Assembly (NCBI GenBank): GCA_951406725.2
Contig: OX597828.1
Span: forward strand, 73,160,001 to 73,224,000
Length of the DNA stretch: 64,000 nucleotides
Reading direction: 5' to 3'
Origin: Octopus vulgaris
Taxonomy: Eukaryota
Every line of letters starts with the position of its first letter. The first letter of the stretch is position 1. Below the pieces are notes generated by a model. It searched no databases, was not told the DNA's origin, and saw only the letters and a list, made by a program, of their open reading frames with translations. Both the position numbers and the translations under genes were made by a program. This document shows positions 22,427 to 38,655 of this stretch, one piece after another.

Positions 22427-23292
22427 GGAGTGAGAGAAAGAGATAGAGAGATAGATAAATAGATAGATCGATCTCCAAATCGTTGCTTTTTAAAACATTA
22501 AACAATCATCCTACCAACAAATGCTACACGAAGGCTGTAAAATCGATAGAATTTAAAACTGACTAAATAGTCAGAAATGCCGCTAAAAGTTGCCGGAATA
22601 TCTGAGGAAGTACAAATTACGCTGAAATCACTTGACAGAACAGTCACATCCATCGGTGCTAACGAAAATTCTTGTACAGAGACAAGGTGTGGATTTTAGC
22701 TCTTAGCGTCTATACGAGGTGGCTTGTCAGGATGATTACACAGATAATAGCGTTTAAAACAACACGTCCAAGTTAAGTTGAATGTGTAAATTAATAAAAA
22801 AAAATACTAATACTTCCCTCTTCTCTCTTACACGTATACTCATTCTTTTTTTCCTTTCTCTGACTCTCGCCCTTTTTCTCTTCGTCTTTTCTTTTTTTTT
22901 TTTTTTTACATATTTCTATATTGGTTCTTTTAGTTTTTTTCAGAAAACAATTCTTTCACCTTTTAAAATTCTATGAAGAAATAAAAATAATTGTCAAAGA
23001 TATAATAACTAATCTAATCCCCTTTAATCTCTCAATATTTTTGTTAATGCATAATTTTGTTGGTGGAAAATTTTTCTTTAATTTTCGTTCTTTTGTATTT
23101 TAGGCGGTTAAAATTTTCCTTTAATTCGTTGAATTGTCGCCATTTTGTTATTTTCGTTTTATTTTTTCAATAGATTTTTGCTTAAATCTTCCCGAATTAA
23201 TCCATTATTCCATTCAAAGAAATACGATTACTACATTCTTTCCTTCCTTTTTTCTTCCATTCTTTCCTTCTTTCTTTCTTTCTTTCTTTCCT

Positions 23293-23323
<31 letters not shown>

Positions 23324-23897
23324 CTCCTTCTTTCTTTCTTTCTTCCTTATACTCAGTTTATCCATTCAATGATTCTTGTATCTGCCATTTTTGCAGTGCA
23401 TCGTAGCAAAGTGCAAGAATATGATTGAAAGACAACACCAACATCACCATCACCACCAGCAAAAAAAAAAAAATATAAATAAAATGTTATATAAATAATT
23501 CATATTCGAAGTTCCATACAGGTTGAAAACGGCCCCCCGCCCCATCACCATCCGAGAGGAACAGCAACGACTAACGGTTTCAAATAGCTTCGATACCTGT
23601 ACTTTGTCATTGTATTCTTTCTCTCTCTGTGCCTCTCTCTCTCTCTCTCTTTTTACTTTCTTGAGAAAATAAATGAAGATGTAAAGTTAAATAAAGAAAT
23701 CAATACATGTGAGTGTATATATACACTCATATATATATGCATACATATATATATATATATATATGTGTGCGTGTATTTACATACATATACGCTCACATAT
23801 ATCTATGTATGTATATATTCATACATATATATATAAATATGTGAACATATATATACATACTTACAAACATACACACACATATATGTATATATATATG

Positions 23898-23944
<47 letters not shown>

Positions 23945-24140
23945 TTATGAATACATACACAAATAATGGCATACACAACCCACGCCAAACCTACGCATGC
24001 ACACACACACACACTCTCACACACACTCACACAGACAGACAGACACACATATAGTATGGAGCCAATGATAAAGCAAATTTTTGCATGAGAACAATCTGGA
24101 AGATTCCAGTTCTGCTTTTTTTTCTTTCTGTCTTTGTAAC

Positions 24141-24572
<432 letters not shown>

Positions 24573-25062
24573 CTTTTGCTCTGCATTGCAATGAACAGAC
24601 GTCTGGAGCAAAGCTTGGAGAGGAATCGGATTTTTTCATGCACAGTTGATGGAAAAAAGAAATGAAATTTACAAAGAACTTGATAGTTTTTTTTGTCCAT
24701 CCACCACCAATCACCCTGGGGCTGGAAATGAATAGCTGTTTTATACACTTAGTGTTCTGTGCAAAGGTTGTCTACTCGTGATTTAATACGGTTTCCTCTG
24801 GTGAAGCGTAAATAGGTGCTAGCCAGGAATTTGTTATATATATCACGACGCCACTCCTGCCAACAAAAAAATATACCACTCCCCATCCATACACAAAAGT
24901 TGGAAAATTTGGTAAAGAAAATGGCAGCTAAAATGACGAACAAAAAAAATTAATGACTATTGTACAAGTAAAAGTAGTAATATCGCCGACATTTACACAT
25001 TAATAAGCTTAGTGGACAACTAGCAAAAGGCTTAATGACTGTGATTACATAACCGAGAGCAG

Positions 25063-25668
25063 TTACGCTGCAGAGCGTGATGTTAATAACTCACAAACAT
25101 ATTTCTCCTCATGAATTTTGAGGACTAAAAGTGTAGCAGATTCAGATTTTCTGAGAATATGTACTTTCAAGTCTTTTTCAAAATTGTTGCTGTTTGAAGT
25201 AAAATGTGCGGTAAGTTCTGTCGAATTACTGTTATTGTGCCTCACGTTATATCTGTGCCCATAGAATCTTTCGCGTAATTGTTGCGTTGTACAACCAACA
25301 TAAATGAAGTTGCGTTTGGTGCATTCTGCTGCGTTCACCAAATGGGAATCGTTACATGCCCCACCTTCCGTATAAATCATAACATTTCTGTTACGATTCA
25401 TGATGGAATTCACTTGACTCATATTATTGCACAATGAACAGGGCTTTATTGTCTTCCGGCTGTTTTTCAAGGTAAAGCGTGTAGAATCTTCAATATGAGT
25501 TTTCTTGGAGTCAGAAGTAGTTCTCTTATATTGTTTATTCCTTCCAAAGACAACTATAGGCGGCTGAGGAAATATTTGTTTGAAACCAAGATATTTTTCC
25601 ACAACATGCTGGTAACTTTCGTGTAACAGTTTTGAAATATCAGCGAAATTTTGGTGCCAGTTAATCAC
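25063..25668 (-). mobile_element. Penelope-like retroelement 3' fragment: linker plus GIY-YIG endonuclease
   Basis: 201-aa ORF with 'IFPQPPIVVFGRNK', 'CSLC' and 'HLVNAAECTKRNFIYVGCTTQQLRERFYGH', matching the PLE GIY-YIG pattern; some conserved residues are mutated. Confidence 0.85.
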
Positions 25669-25720
25669 TCGGGGAATTTTCTGACATATTGTACTTTTTA
25701 TTCTTTTATGCTTTTATATT

Positions 25721-26266
25721 CATAGACACGATAGAGTAACGCAATATATCCATTGGAAGAGATGTAAACACTACCAGCTTCCAGATTCAGAAAGATGGTA
25801 CCAACATAAACCTGAAACTGTGACAGGAAAAGATGATGTAACAGTACTCTGAGACATGCCAGTCAACACCGATAAAGAAATCAAGGCAAACACGTCGGAC
25901 ATAATCATCAAAGATATGAAGAATGAGAAATGCTTAATGCTAGATGTGACAGTGCCATCAGAGAGAAATGTGTCCATTAAAGAAGTTGAGAAGTTATTTA
26001 AGTACAAAGGCCTAGAAATAGAAGTGACCAAGATGTGGGGAATGAAAAGCAGCACAGCACCAGTGGTGATTGGAGCGTTAGGGCGAATTAAAAAGGGCCT
26101 GGATAATTCTCTTGTAGTGTTAACGTGGGAGAACTTCAGAAAATAGTGTTGCTAGGTTTCGACCTCATTTTTCGCCGTGTACTCTCCATGAGTTGCGGAC
26201 CTGCTGTGACCCTAGAGTCAAGAGATGACCCCAAATCTGCAGAAGACAACGGACCATATTTTATTT

Positions 26267-26270
<4 letters not shown>
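25721..26270 (+). mobile_element. R4/Dong-clade non-LTR retrotransposon 3' end (REL endonuclease), abutting (TAA)n
   Basis: RHDRVTQYIHWK...WYQHKPETV...VL*DMPVNTDKEIKANTSDIIIKD...LDVTVP...KEVEKLFKY...PVVIGALG, directly followed by (TAA)n. Confidence 0.85.
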
Positions 26271-27019
<749 letters not shown>

Positions 27020-27549
27020 GCTCTCATGGCTTCTGATCTTAACTGATTGGAAGTGTTATCATGTACATTGTTTTGTCTTGGTATAAAAGATGGGCTACAG
27101 CAAATATTCTGCTCAATACCACAGATTTGCTTGTCAGTTGTTTGACCTTAAGCAGTTGAGCATGTCCCTTAGTGGCTGACGATATGTGCATCTCTGATCA
27201 CGAGCAGAAGTAGTGGGGGAGCATCATAGCCATGTGTTGAGAAGGATTCTTTGGGGTTTGAATAATTCACCTCTGGAAACATGGGTGTTTCGTTCAACGT
27301 CCTTAAACAACCCTTATTCAGGGACCTTTTGAGCGGGATGGGTTACTCGATCTGAAGAAAATTCTAACTGGGCCCCACCTGCAAGTTCATGTGCTGTTTA
27401 TCTTGATATGAGATCACCATGTCGCGCACATATGGTTGTGATGCATGTGCCTGGTGTACCTTTATCAGACGGGTAGTCATGATGGGTATATTGGGCTTCG
27501 TATATTTTACCCCAGTGTCACTTTGATGGCATGCTCTGCTCGCTCACTC
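27020..27549 (+). mobile_element. ~530-bp non-coding insert flanked by (TAA)n, probably a 3' UTR or non-autonomous derivative of a TAA-targeting LINE
   Basis: Sharp borders with TAA repeats on both sides; ends CTCACTC-AATAATAAT; no ORF. Confidence 0.55.
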
Positions 27550-27734
27550 AATAATAATAATAGTGGTTTCAAATGTTGGTACAAGGCCACTATTTTAATG
27601 GGAAGGTCTCAGTGAATTACATCAACCACAGCGTTCAACAAGAGCTAATTTTAAGACAAAGTTGACATCGGTGAAATTTGAACTCAGGACGGAAAGATGG
27701 ACGAAATGCTTGTATATATATGTATACATATGTG

Positions 27735-27822
27735 TATTCTTTATTTAAAAGCAGCAGAAATATCACAAAAACTGTTAAGCAGAGTTGCACGTCCCCGTTC
27801 GTCAGACAGTTTTGTTAGAATG
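27735..27822 (-). mobile_element. Family H2 element fragment with hammerhead motif (27768-27813)
   Basis: Minus strand: aaaactgt-CTGACGA-ACG ggga CGT-GCAA-CTCTGCT-TA-acagtttt, with an 8-bp stem I; homologous to 43598-43826. Confidence 0.65.
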
Positions 27823-28024
27823 GAACCTATGTATGTATATATGTTTGTATATAAGTGTGTGTGTGTGTGTGTGTGTTTATCCTTGCGTGCGTGTGTGTGT
27901 CTCTGTGTGTTTGTGTACATGTATGCATGTATGTATTTTAATTTTACATGTCCATACGTGCTGACGTATATGCACGTGTTTTTATGTCCTCTTGCAACTT
28001 AATATGTGTTGTGCATACGTTTAT

Positions 28025-28074
<50 letters not shown>

Positions 28075-28099
28075 GCCATTTTATATCTGCGTAAGGATG

Positions 28100-28800
28100 T
28101 ATGTTAAACACGACGGAGATCGCCCATAGTTTGTCTGCTGCTCTTCCTACACCCCTTTACTATATTCTATCCATTCTCATAATTCAAGGTTTCCCCTCTT
28201 CCTGTCGTCCCTCCCACTTCACCTCCTATTAACACTCTGTGTCATCAAACTTTTCTAATAAAATGTCCAAAATATTTTAGTTCCATCTATTTGATGTTGT
28301 CGCATGAAATTTCCTTCGTTCTCGCCATTCTTTGTACCTCAACATTAGTTTAGTTTTTTTTTTGTTTTGTATTTGCTTTCAGTTTTGACCAGGATATCCT
28401 CAAAGATCATCCATACAGCCTCATCTCAAACGTCTCTAATCTTCAATGTACTATTTTGTTAACGTCCATGATTTTTCTCCATACACTTGACTGCATCAAG
28501 CACAGAATTTCAATATTCTTTATTCAGTTCTCAATATTAATATTTCTTCGTCTTATGTCAGTTGTATTATTTTATTTATTTATTTATTGACATTTTTCTC
28601 ATCATTTCAATCCTCAAGACATTTTCATTATTTTAGCTCACTTTATCTCCCCCCTTCATCGCAATTCCTCTGCGCCTCAAATTTCATTAAATCTCAGAAA
28701 CACACCGTCATCTCTTATCTTGATTTTAAATTCACCACACATCGGCTCTCATTTTGTCTTCTCTGACCGCTACCACGTCTTTCACAATCGCCCCCTCCAG
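28100..28800 (-). mobile_element. Decayed RTE-clade LINE 3' region
   Basis: Minus-strand remnants 'YGEKSWTLTK', 'RLETFEMRLYG*SLRISW' and 'LKYFGHFIRK'. Confidence 0.7.
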
Positions 28801-30009
28801 GATGTTCACACATTTCTTTCTCATCTTAAGAATTGTACATAATTACAATATATACAGATAAATATACATAAAATTATACATATACATATATATATATGTG
28901 CGCTTGCTCGTGTGTGATGTGTGTAAATATATATGTACTTGCCTTTCAATTGATATAATGGGCAATCGTGTGTTGGAGCAAAAACTACTGTAGCGTACAA
29001 GATACATATTAGCCATTGAAGAACAAACAAAATCTGTTGACTTGAATTAAGCATTTATTATTTGATGTCAAAATTTTCGTCGCACCAACTACGATCTCGT
29101 CATTGACATGGTTCCACAGGAAACTGCTGTGTGTGTTAATGTCTGTGTGTGCATTCGTATGTATGTCTGTGTGTATGTGTGTATGTGTTTTGTGAAGAAA
29201 GACAAATGTACGAAACGTATTTTTAACTCCTTTCGGCAAGCCCAATATTATATTTTTATGGCAAATATTTCTCGTGTTAACCTATCTCTATGTATGCTAC
29301 ATGACTCCCTGACTACCATTTATCTGCATACACTCAAGAAATCTCATTTTCTCCCTACAACCCTTCCGCATGGGCATAAGCGACTTTTAAAAAATGACAC
29401 TACTATAAGGCCCATATGATAATATTGTTATCAATCTTTAACTTAATTATTTTCTAAATAATTAGAACTATTATTCTAAAAATGTAGGAGAGAAACCAGA
29501 AGATTAGGAGCGGGCAAAGAAATCTGTTACTTTTTATGTGAAGTTGTATCCAAATACCCCGAGGTGAACTGCTCTGCTGTTGAGAACTCCATCTATATAA
29601 TTCAAGATTGTTGTTTCCCTTTTGATCAGTGCCAACCCGCAGCTTTTTGACTACAGTAATTCGTCGGTCGACGTTGTCATCAATGTTTTGGTCTGTTGTG
29701 GCCGATAAAAGAAATCCACTGAGCTTTCCAAACGTTTGCAAAAAGGTGAGGAAAGCAATCGGTGGATTACATTTCACTAAGAAATTATTAAAGACAACCC
29801 AGGAGATATCTAAAACTCAATTATCGCAAAAGTAATTTACATCTTGAGCGTAATCTAAGAAAAGTGAATTTAATTATTATTCGACCAATATGCTAACGTT
29901 TAATTACAAAGCATGATTTCATAGGAAATTCCTTGGGAAACCGAATACTGAATATTCTTTGCAATATTTTCCTGTATTAGATGCATACACACACACACAA
30001 ACACACACT

Positions 30010-30067
<58 letters not shown>

Positions 30068-30518
30068 TGTGTATATATATATGGATATATATATGTGTGT
30101 GTGTGCATATATGTATATAAATGTATGTATGTAAGTATGTATGTATATATATATATATATGTATGTATATACGCAAATATTGCTGTGTGCGTAAAATGGA
30201 ATAGGGATCCCGGTCCCCGAATCGAGGCGTAGGAGACATTATCACTGGTGTAGAGCAAGCAACTACAGCTGTACCCCGATTCGATTGGGAAATCTTGGGT
30301 TAGCGTCGAAGGATTTCGTGTAAGATTCTAAAGTATATTAGTATCGTATAAAACATAATAAAGAATTGATAATTATACAGCTTAATTAAACTGTTCGAAT
30401 ATATTAGGTTGACACACCTATTTCTGTGAAATAAGCGCCTGTGAGTCGTAAAACACCTACAAAAGAGAAACACGGGAAATACTTGTGCTGGAAAATTTTG
30501 ATTAGTTCATTGTCGCCT

Positions 30519-30567
<49 letters not shown>

Positions 30568-30762
30568 ACATATATAAACATACACACAACACACACACAC
30601 ACATGCGCACACGCATACACACACGGACACACACAGATGTATGTATATACTCTCACACACACACACTCACACACATATGTATATGTCTGTGTATGAATTT
30701 GTAAATCAACGTTTGCCTGTATATGAGCGAGTGCAGGTATGTGTGTATGTGTGTGTGTGTGC

Positions 30763-30808
<46 letters not shown>

Positions 30809-31375
30809 TTATTTCTTACTAGATAAAAGCAAAGTATCAAGAAAATCGTTGCTGCCACAAACTAGTTAACAAGATTTCTTTTGTCTCTTACCGTTCACGG
30901 TTCAAATTCAGCCGAGCGCTCGTCCTTGCCTTTTCCCTTTCATAGATTCAGTAAAATAAACAGCAATCGAACAACGATGATCGATGCAATCGACGTCCTT
31001 TTCTTGAATTTGTGCAAAAAAATTAGAAAGAGTTTATTTATACTAGACAGGATTAACTTTAAAAAATGCGAACTCCTTTGATATGCACGAGGTATGTATC
31101 ATACAGGATACATATTTTAAATGAGAGGATTGAATGTAGAATTCCTGATTTTTTTGACTGGCCAACTCCATTCCAAGCAAGACTTATCAGACAGTCTGTG
31201 GAGAAGATAATTAGGTAATTGGAAGGAACATCTCTGTTCTCAATACAGTTACGAATACAGGCTGCATAGGTTATTCGTATGTATTTGTGTATGTATGTTT
31301 ATGTATGTATATGTATTTATATGGGTACACACACATATCACGTATATATATACGCATATGTACCAACATCCATAA

Positions 31376-31433
<58 letters not shown>

Positions 31434-31472
31434 ATATATATGTGTGTGTTTATGTATATGTATGTATATATG

Positions 31473-31507
<35 letters not shown>

Positions 31508-31523
31508 GCGATATAAACGTATA

Positions 31524-31557
<34 letters not shown>

Positions 31558-32999
31558 CGTTTGTAGTGATATATGTGTGCATATATGTGTATGCACACAA
31601 CATAAAAAAACACAGAGTGTGATATTTCTATGACTGCGAGTCATGCGTGCCACCACCTTACAGCAATATTTTAAACATAGAAGCACACGTAAAATCGCTG
31701 TTGCATATCTTGATTTCGAAGAAAAATCTAAATTTAAAATTTTTGTGAAACACCTTATGGCATAAAACACATGAATATTTATCTAAATCAAGAGAGAAAC
31801 AGATTAATTGGTCACAGTTCTTTGTTTTACGAGTTTATCGACTTCTGTCAGCATTTTAAAAGAAATTCAACGATTTTAGAATGTTATCACTATTGTACGA
31901 ATAATATTTGTATTCATTTCCCCCCCCTCCTCTTTGTATTGGATCCAATGGTAGATGAGTGCATTTTAAACTTGTTTTCTCATTTGCATAGCTCTCTCTC
32001 TTTTTTATTAGATTTGCATCTATTTTCATAAGTTTCCCATCTTTTGAAAATTCTAAAATATACAAAAGTATGCAGTTATTCCGTTGAGGATTCTTCCGTT
32101 CGTGTCTCAGCGCCATCTATTTTGTTTGATAACCATTCTCATCATAAGTAACTGACTGCGAGGAAATAAATTTTGAATGTATACATCCCTGAAGTCCATC
32201 GAATATAAACCCCACAATTCTTTGTTAAAACTCGTCGTCTAATCGAAATATTTTCGAGATCTACAGAGACTTTACTAATTTCTGTCTGCCCACACAATTT
32301 TGGTTAAAGAAAATATATTTGCAACATTGGTTGAAAGATAATTTTCTTCCCCGAGTAACTTAAGATTTATAGCAGTTTCCCAAGCAATCCTATTTAAGTA
32401 TGTCTTTAATTTCAGCATCATCATAGGTGCCAACATGGCTGTGTGGATAAGAAGCTCTCCACTGCGTCATTAATTATGACTGCGAAGAGGTTTGTGCATT
32501 AGTTTTCTACTACAGCACTGCCCGGACGACCTTAGCCTTGTGAGTGAATTTACCAGAAGGAAACTGTGAAAGCCCTTTGTATATTCCCCCTTCCACACAC
32601 ACACACACTTACACACACATGGATTGCGAGAATCATGTGTCGATCACAGTAAGCTCCTCGTGTGGACTCGGCTATCTGTTTCCATAGTAATCAAATATAT
32701 ACTAGTGTAACGTAAAGTGTTCATACAATTAAAAATCTAGAAAATTATTCTGTGAGGATTATATATAAGCATAAGCCCAGGAAGTATGAGAGGTGAATAT
32801 AGATTCATTTAACCACGTGACTTCCATAGGGTTACGGCTGTTTCGAAGCGTTCGAAAGGTAGAAATACGTTCTTTGGAATTATACAGATATGGCTTCTCA
32901 CTCGCGCTCACCCCGTCCTTTCTCTCACTCTCTCGCTATACATTTCCGTGTATATATTCTTGTATAGATGTGTTTCTATGATGTGTGTATACGCGTGCG

Positions 33000-33275
33000 T
33001 ATATTTGGCTTATTGCAAATTAATGCTCTCTATGATTAGCAGATTGAGGTGTGCTTGATGTGACTGTAAGCTTCTTGAAAACATCCGATTCGTTTTATGT
33101 GTTTTGTTATCTTAGTTGATTTCTCACGGATATTTGTTGCAGAACACGATGTCCTGTTAATGATTTAACCTTATTTGAATGAAGCAGTCATCCATGAATT
33201 CTGTACAAAATTTATATCACAAACCACTCTGTCCCTTGCCTATGTAATTACTTCGGCAAATTTTGCTTATATCAT
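33000..33275 (-). mobile_element. Decayed Penelope-like GIY-YIG remnant
   Basis: 'KICRSNYIGK' and 'LLIIESINL' on the minus strand; hammerhead 3' half CGAAACAGCCGTAA downstream at about 32832-32845. Confidence 0.4.
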
Positions 33276-33690
33276 TTTTCTTATATTATTATATCATTTT
33301 ATTTTTAGTTTATGTGTTGCTCCATTTTTCTTGTTATTTCGTCGTTTTGCTTGAATAGAGAATAGCCTCTTAGTTTTGCTTGAATCGAGGATGGTGGGCC
33401 TCTTAGTTTCTCTTTAGGAATTTATTTTAATTGATATGAGAGTATACATGCGAGAGGAATATTTTCCCATAATAACAGTCACAATATATTTTTGCGATGA
33501 AGTTTACCTTTCACTGACCAAATTAATATAGTTTTATTCAGGTTGACTAAATCCATTAAGGCCGTGCTCCAGTAAGACCACGGTCCAGTGACTGATACAA
33601 CATAACACCCATCTGGTAATTTTCTTTATGAATCAAGGGATATCTAACCGTTGTTCGATCAATCTGTCGTGTATATTACATAAACTTGGC

Positions 33691-33982
33691 ACGACGTGCG
33701 TTCCAGTTCATCGGATCAACTGAACAGCCTGCGCGTGAAATTAACGTAAAAGAGGCTGAATACTCCGCAGACACACGCACCTTGAACGTAGTTCTCAAAG
33801 GGATTCGGTGACATACAAAACCTGGCACATTTAATCACAGGTACAACTCATGTTGCTAGCTGGGTGAACCGGAGCAATGTGAAATAAAGTGTTTTGCTCA
33901 AGGACACAAGGCACCGCTAAGAATCGAACTCAGGACCTTATGATCGTGTGCTGCATACGATAACTATCAAGCCACGCACCTT
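33691..33982 (-). mobile_element. SINE family C
   Basis: GGAGCAATGTGAAATAAAGTGTTTTGCTCAAGGACACAA is the reverse complement of the family C core. Confidence 0.8.
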
Positions 33983-34522
33983 GGTCACCGTATCGTCATA
34001 ACAATATAGATCCCAGAACGTTTACAAAACCTAAAGAGCCACGTAAGTTATGTTTCATGTGTTCGCTTTTCGTTTTCAATTTCTCCTTTCCGTTTTGTTT
34101 AGATAACTGGAAGCGATTCCAACCTTTTCTAAAGGATTATAGACTTTCTTTACAAGAGAAAAATCGAATTCTTATACATTGCGCAAAAGTTGATACAAAA
34201 CTAGCGATCACACAAAATCAAAAACCGCAATATTCAAATGCACCACGTTCAAGCAGCTTTTTCAGCCACATAGGAACACAAATGCACAGTCATTAAATTT
34301 TACACAATGTAAATTCGTACAAGGACACACATATACAACACAAACACACACAACCATGCATATATTTTTTATTCAATTTAGTATAAAACACCCGGATTTT
34401 AGGACTCGATGTGCTTAAAGATTTTATTTTAAAGAAAAACCAATATGTCAGTACATAGCATTATGTCAATGCGGTGACCGCCTGGCCAAGACGCGATTGT
34501 CTTTTTCTTTTCCCTCGTCTAT

Positions 34523-34560
34523 TCTTTCTGAAGAAGAGCGTATGATCGAAATGTAAAAGA
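34523..34560 (+). ncRNA. Minimal type I hammerhead motif (family H1)
   Basis: tcttt-CTGAAGA-AGAGC gtat GATC-GAAA-TG-TA-aaaga: stem I tcttt/aaaga and canonical CUGANGA; one stem II mismatch. Confidence 0.6.
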
Positions 34561-34634
34561 CTTTTAAATTTCATGAGTATAAACCTAATATATCATGGTT
34601 ACTTTTGGGTTTTTTAGCCACACTTTTTACCTAG

Positions 34635-34682
<48 letters not shown>

Positions 34683-34770
34683 ACACAAAATATCGACATC
34701 ATGTTCATGAGAACGAAATGTTTTCGAAATGGTGGGTATACATACACATACGTATACATATACGTATACA

Positions 34771-34808
<38 letters not shown>

Positions 34809-34812
34809 CACA

Positions 34813-34881
<69 letters not shown>

Positions 34882-34999
34882 GTATATATGTATATATACA
34901 TACATTCATATATATAATCAAGACACAATGAAGAAGAATAGAAAATTATACATCTTCAAAACTAGTTTATTATTGTTCTCGTTAAATTCATATTTGATT

Positions 35000-35195
35000 A
35001 AAATTGGGTTGGAACAGCTTGTAAATATGAGACAGGAAGCAGATGGAACGATAGTTCTTAAGATCTTCCTTATTAGCCTTCTTGTACAGAAGGATCGTAT
35101 TCGACTCTTTCCATTGGGAAGGTATTCCCCCATCCTCTAGCTAGGGGTTGGAGCATAGAGCGAGGATTTTCCGCAGCTGCTCTCCGCCGACCTGG
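35000..35195 (-). mobile_element. LINE reverse-transcriptase fragment
   Basis: 'GIPSQWKESNTILLYKKANKEDLKNYRSICFLSHIYKLF' matches the non-LTR RT N-terminal motif. Confidence 0.85.
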
Positions 35196-35601
35196 GAAGG
35201 CGTATGATAGATGAGGATGTACTTTTAAAGGTGATGAGGAGGTGGCAGAAGGGAGCAGGATAGTTCCTGCCTTTGTTGGCTGATAAATGATTCGCAAGAA
35301 TAGGAAATAAAGGACCGGCTCGGGAAATATAATCTAAGCCAAAGTTGGGTGGAAAATTAGCATCTGCGTATTATGTACAAACACACACACATGCACACTC
35401 AAGCACGCACACAGAGGTACACACATACACACACACACATATATATAAATATATATACACATAGATAAATGAATATATATATATTAATAAGCATTTTCAG
35501 TTTTATAGATAACATTTATATATAACGTATACATAAATATAGAGATACATACATACGTACATACATATACAAAAACATACATACATACAGACAGACATGA
35601 T

Positions 35602-35691
<90 letters not shown>

Positions 35692-35875
35692 AATGTATGC
35701 GCGTGTATGTGAAGGGATGTGTACATAATGGAAATTATAATTTAAACATGTTAACATGTTTATACAAGTTTACATATGTGAGTGTAAGTCTATATCTATG
35801 TATTCGAGTGTGCTTATTTAAACCTATGTATATGTATAAGTATATGTATATCTATGAGCCTGTCTATTTACCTAT

Positions 35876-35946
<71 letters not shown>

Positions 35947-36396
35947 TACATACACACAGATATATATACACATATGTAACGTATCAAATAGTTATCTGTA
36001 CGTTTGTGTGTGTGTATGTGTGCGTGTGTATGTTTACACGACTGGTATTATATAATGTACCATAATATAGTATGTATGTAGGCGTGTATTTAATGCATAT
36101 AAAGTTGCACGCCAAGGTATACTCACCCATTTGGTACGTATTGAGAGTAAGCGCTTGGAAAGTTTACATAATGTAAATGTAAATAACAATGGCAGAATAA
36201 TGTTTACCTTAGGCAAAGCGAGTGATTGATCGCTGTTATTGATCAACAAACTAAATCTTATATTTCATGTGGATGTTATCGATCTACCTCTCATGTACAA
36301 CGCGGTCTTTTTGATGTTGATGATACGTGTATGCAAATGAACATATACATATCATATATCATAAATCATATGTCATATATCATATATATGTATATA

Positions 36397-36452
<56 letters not shown>

Positions 36453-36611
36453 TAAATATATATATATATATATATAGTATGTGGGTGTATATATGTATAT
36501 ATATATATACATTTATATAGACATACATATGTGTGTTTTTGTGTATGTGTGTGTGTGTGCATGTATGTGTGTACGTATGTATATATGCATATGAGTGTAC
36601 ACATATTAGTA

Positions 36612-36680
<69 letters not shown>

Positions 36681-37007
36681 GTAGATAGATAAATATAGAT
36701 ATATACATATACACACATAACTATATATATATATGTATAATACATGCATGAATTAAATGAATATAAATATATATTCACACGCATAACTTACATTCATACC
36801 TATACGCACACAGACATACGATATTCAGGATCATATTGAAAATTAAACATACGTGGATATATGCATCCTAGAATAAATGAGTATATAAATGTTATTAAAA
36901 TCTAAAACGACTGAAAACTACTCTGCATATGATGTAAAAATAACGCCGGATAATAGGGGAGAGGGGGTGCTATGAAAAAACAACGACACAAAATAATATA
37001 CATAATG

Positions 37008-37078
<71 letters not shown>

Positions 37079-37326
37079 GATAATAATAGAGTAGTAGTGG
37101 TGGTGGTGGTGGTGGTGGCGATAAAAATAGTGCCGGAAAAATCTAGAGAAGGAAATGGATATTGGCAAAAGAAGCATTTTCGGTTCTACTTTAGAACCTG
37201 TGGCATCAATCGATGTTAAAGGTATTTGCTGCCATACATTGGCATACATTTGCACATGCATATATAGATATAAACGTGCATATCAAATATGCATATACAA
37301 GAATCTATATGCGTGTGTATACATAT

Positions 37327-37372
<46 letters not shown>

Positions 37373-37813
37373 TTATACATGATTACAGTGCTAGATACAC
37401 ATAAGTATTCATGAATATTTTCATTTGCGTATATATATGTGTGTGTGGGTGTACATATATTCATATAAATATGTATTTCTGTATGCGTATCAATGTGTGG
37501 CAAGCATACAAAAATGGAGGGCGACAGAATGGAGTAGACAGGTGGATAGATGGATATATAAACCCACTGGAGGATACATATCTGTGTATGCTACACACAC
37601 ACACACAGGCACACATATATCTATATATGTATAAATACATATACACACATACACACGCACATACACATACATATGCATATATATATGTTATATATATATG
37701 TACATTCATACACTGACTGTGTGTGCTATACACACACAGGCACACATATATGTATATATATACATATACACAGACCCACATATACACATATACATATGTA
37801 TATATATATATAC

Positions 37814-37847
<34 letters not shown>

Positions 37848-38471
37848 ACATTCATACATACACACAAATACACACACACATACATATGTGATTGTATGCA
37901 TGTATGCACTTATGTATATAGACATGTACGCATGTATATACAAGCTGACTCACACACGTGTTAGCAGAAATATTTTAATAGATACCTCGAGGTGATAAGC
38001 GAATATTCAATGCAGCTTGTAGTTATTCTACATGGAACTATTGCAGTATTTAATTCTTCAACCTTATACGATATTTCCCGAAGAATCGATAAATATACAC
38101 TAATTTCTTTTTATACGCATATTTTCTAAAATACATTACAAAATATGAAACGTATTAACATAAGGAACGCCGATAGCAATGTGAAAAAAGATGAATTATT
38201 ATGCAAATCGGAAAATCCTATACACGAAACAGCAAAGGGGAAATTGCTAAAGAATAATGTAAATAAAATTATACATATTTATACATATAGTAATGAAAAT
38301 AATAATGATTATAATTATAATGACGTTTGTGGTGGTGATGGTAGTAAAAGTAGTAGTAGCTTGGTTAGCAATACTAACAACACACAATATATACAAATGT
38401 GTATGAATATTTGTGTATGCATATTAATGCACAAATATTTGCAATAATATACGGATTTATATATATATATC

Positions 38472-38655
38472 TAGGGAAAGTTTACGAAAAAAACAAAAGA
38501 CGAAGACAGGTGGTGTACAAAACAAACAGATGTATTAGTATAACGCTCAGGAATAGAAAAAGTATTTTACGTTTCGAGCCTACGCTCTTCTACAGAAAGG
38601 TACACAGAAAAAACAAGGAGAGAAAAAAATGTGTGTAGTGGCTAACGATCTATCA
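38472..38655 (-). mobile_element. Family H1 element with variant hammerhead core (38563-38600)
   Basis: Minus strand: cttt-CTGTAGA-AGAGC gtag GCTC-GAAA-CG-TA-aaa; begins at a (TA)n tract. Confidence 0.65.
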
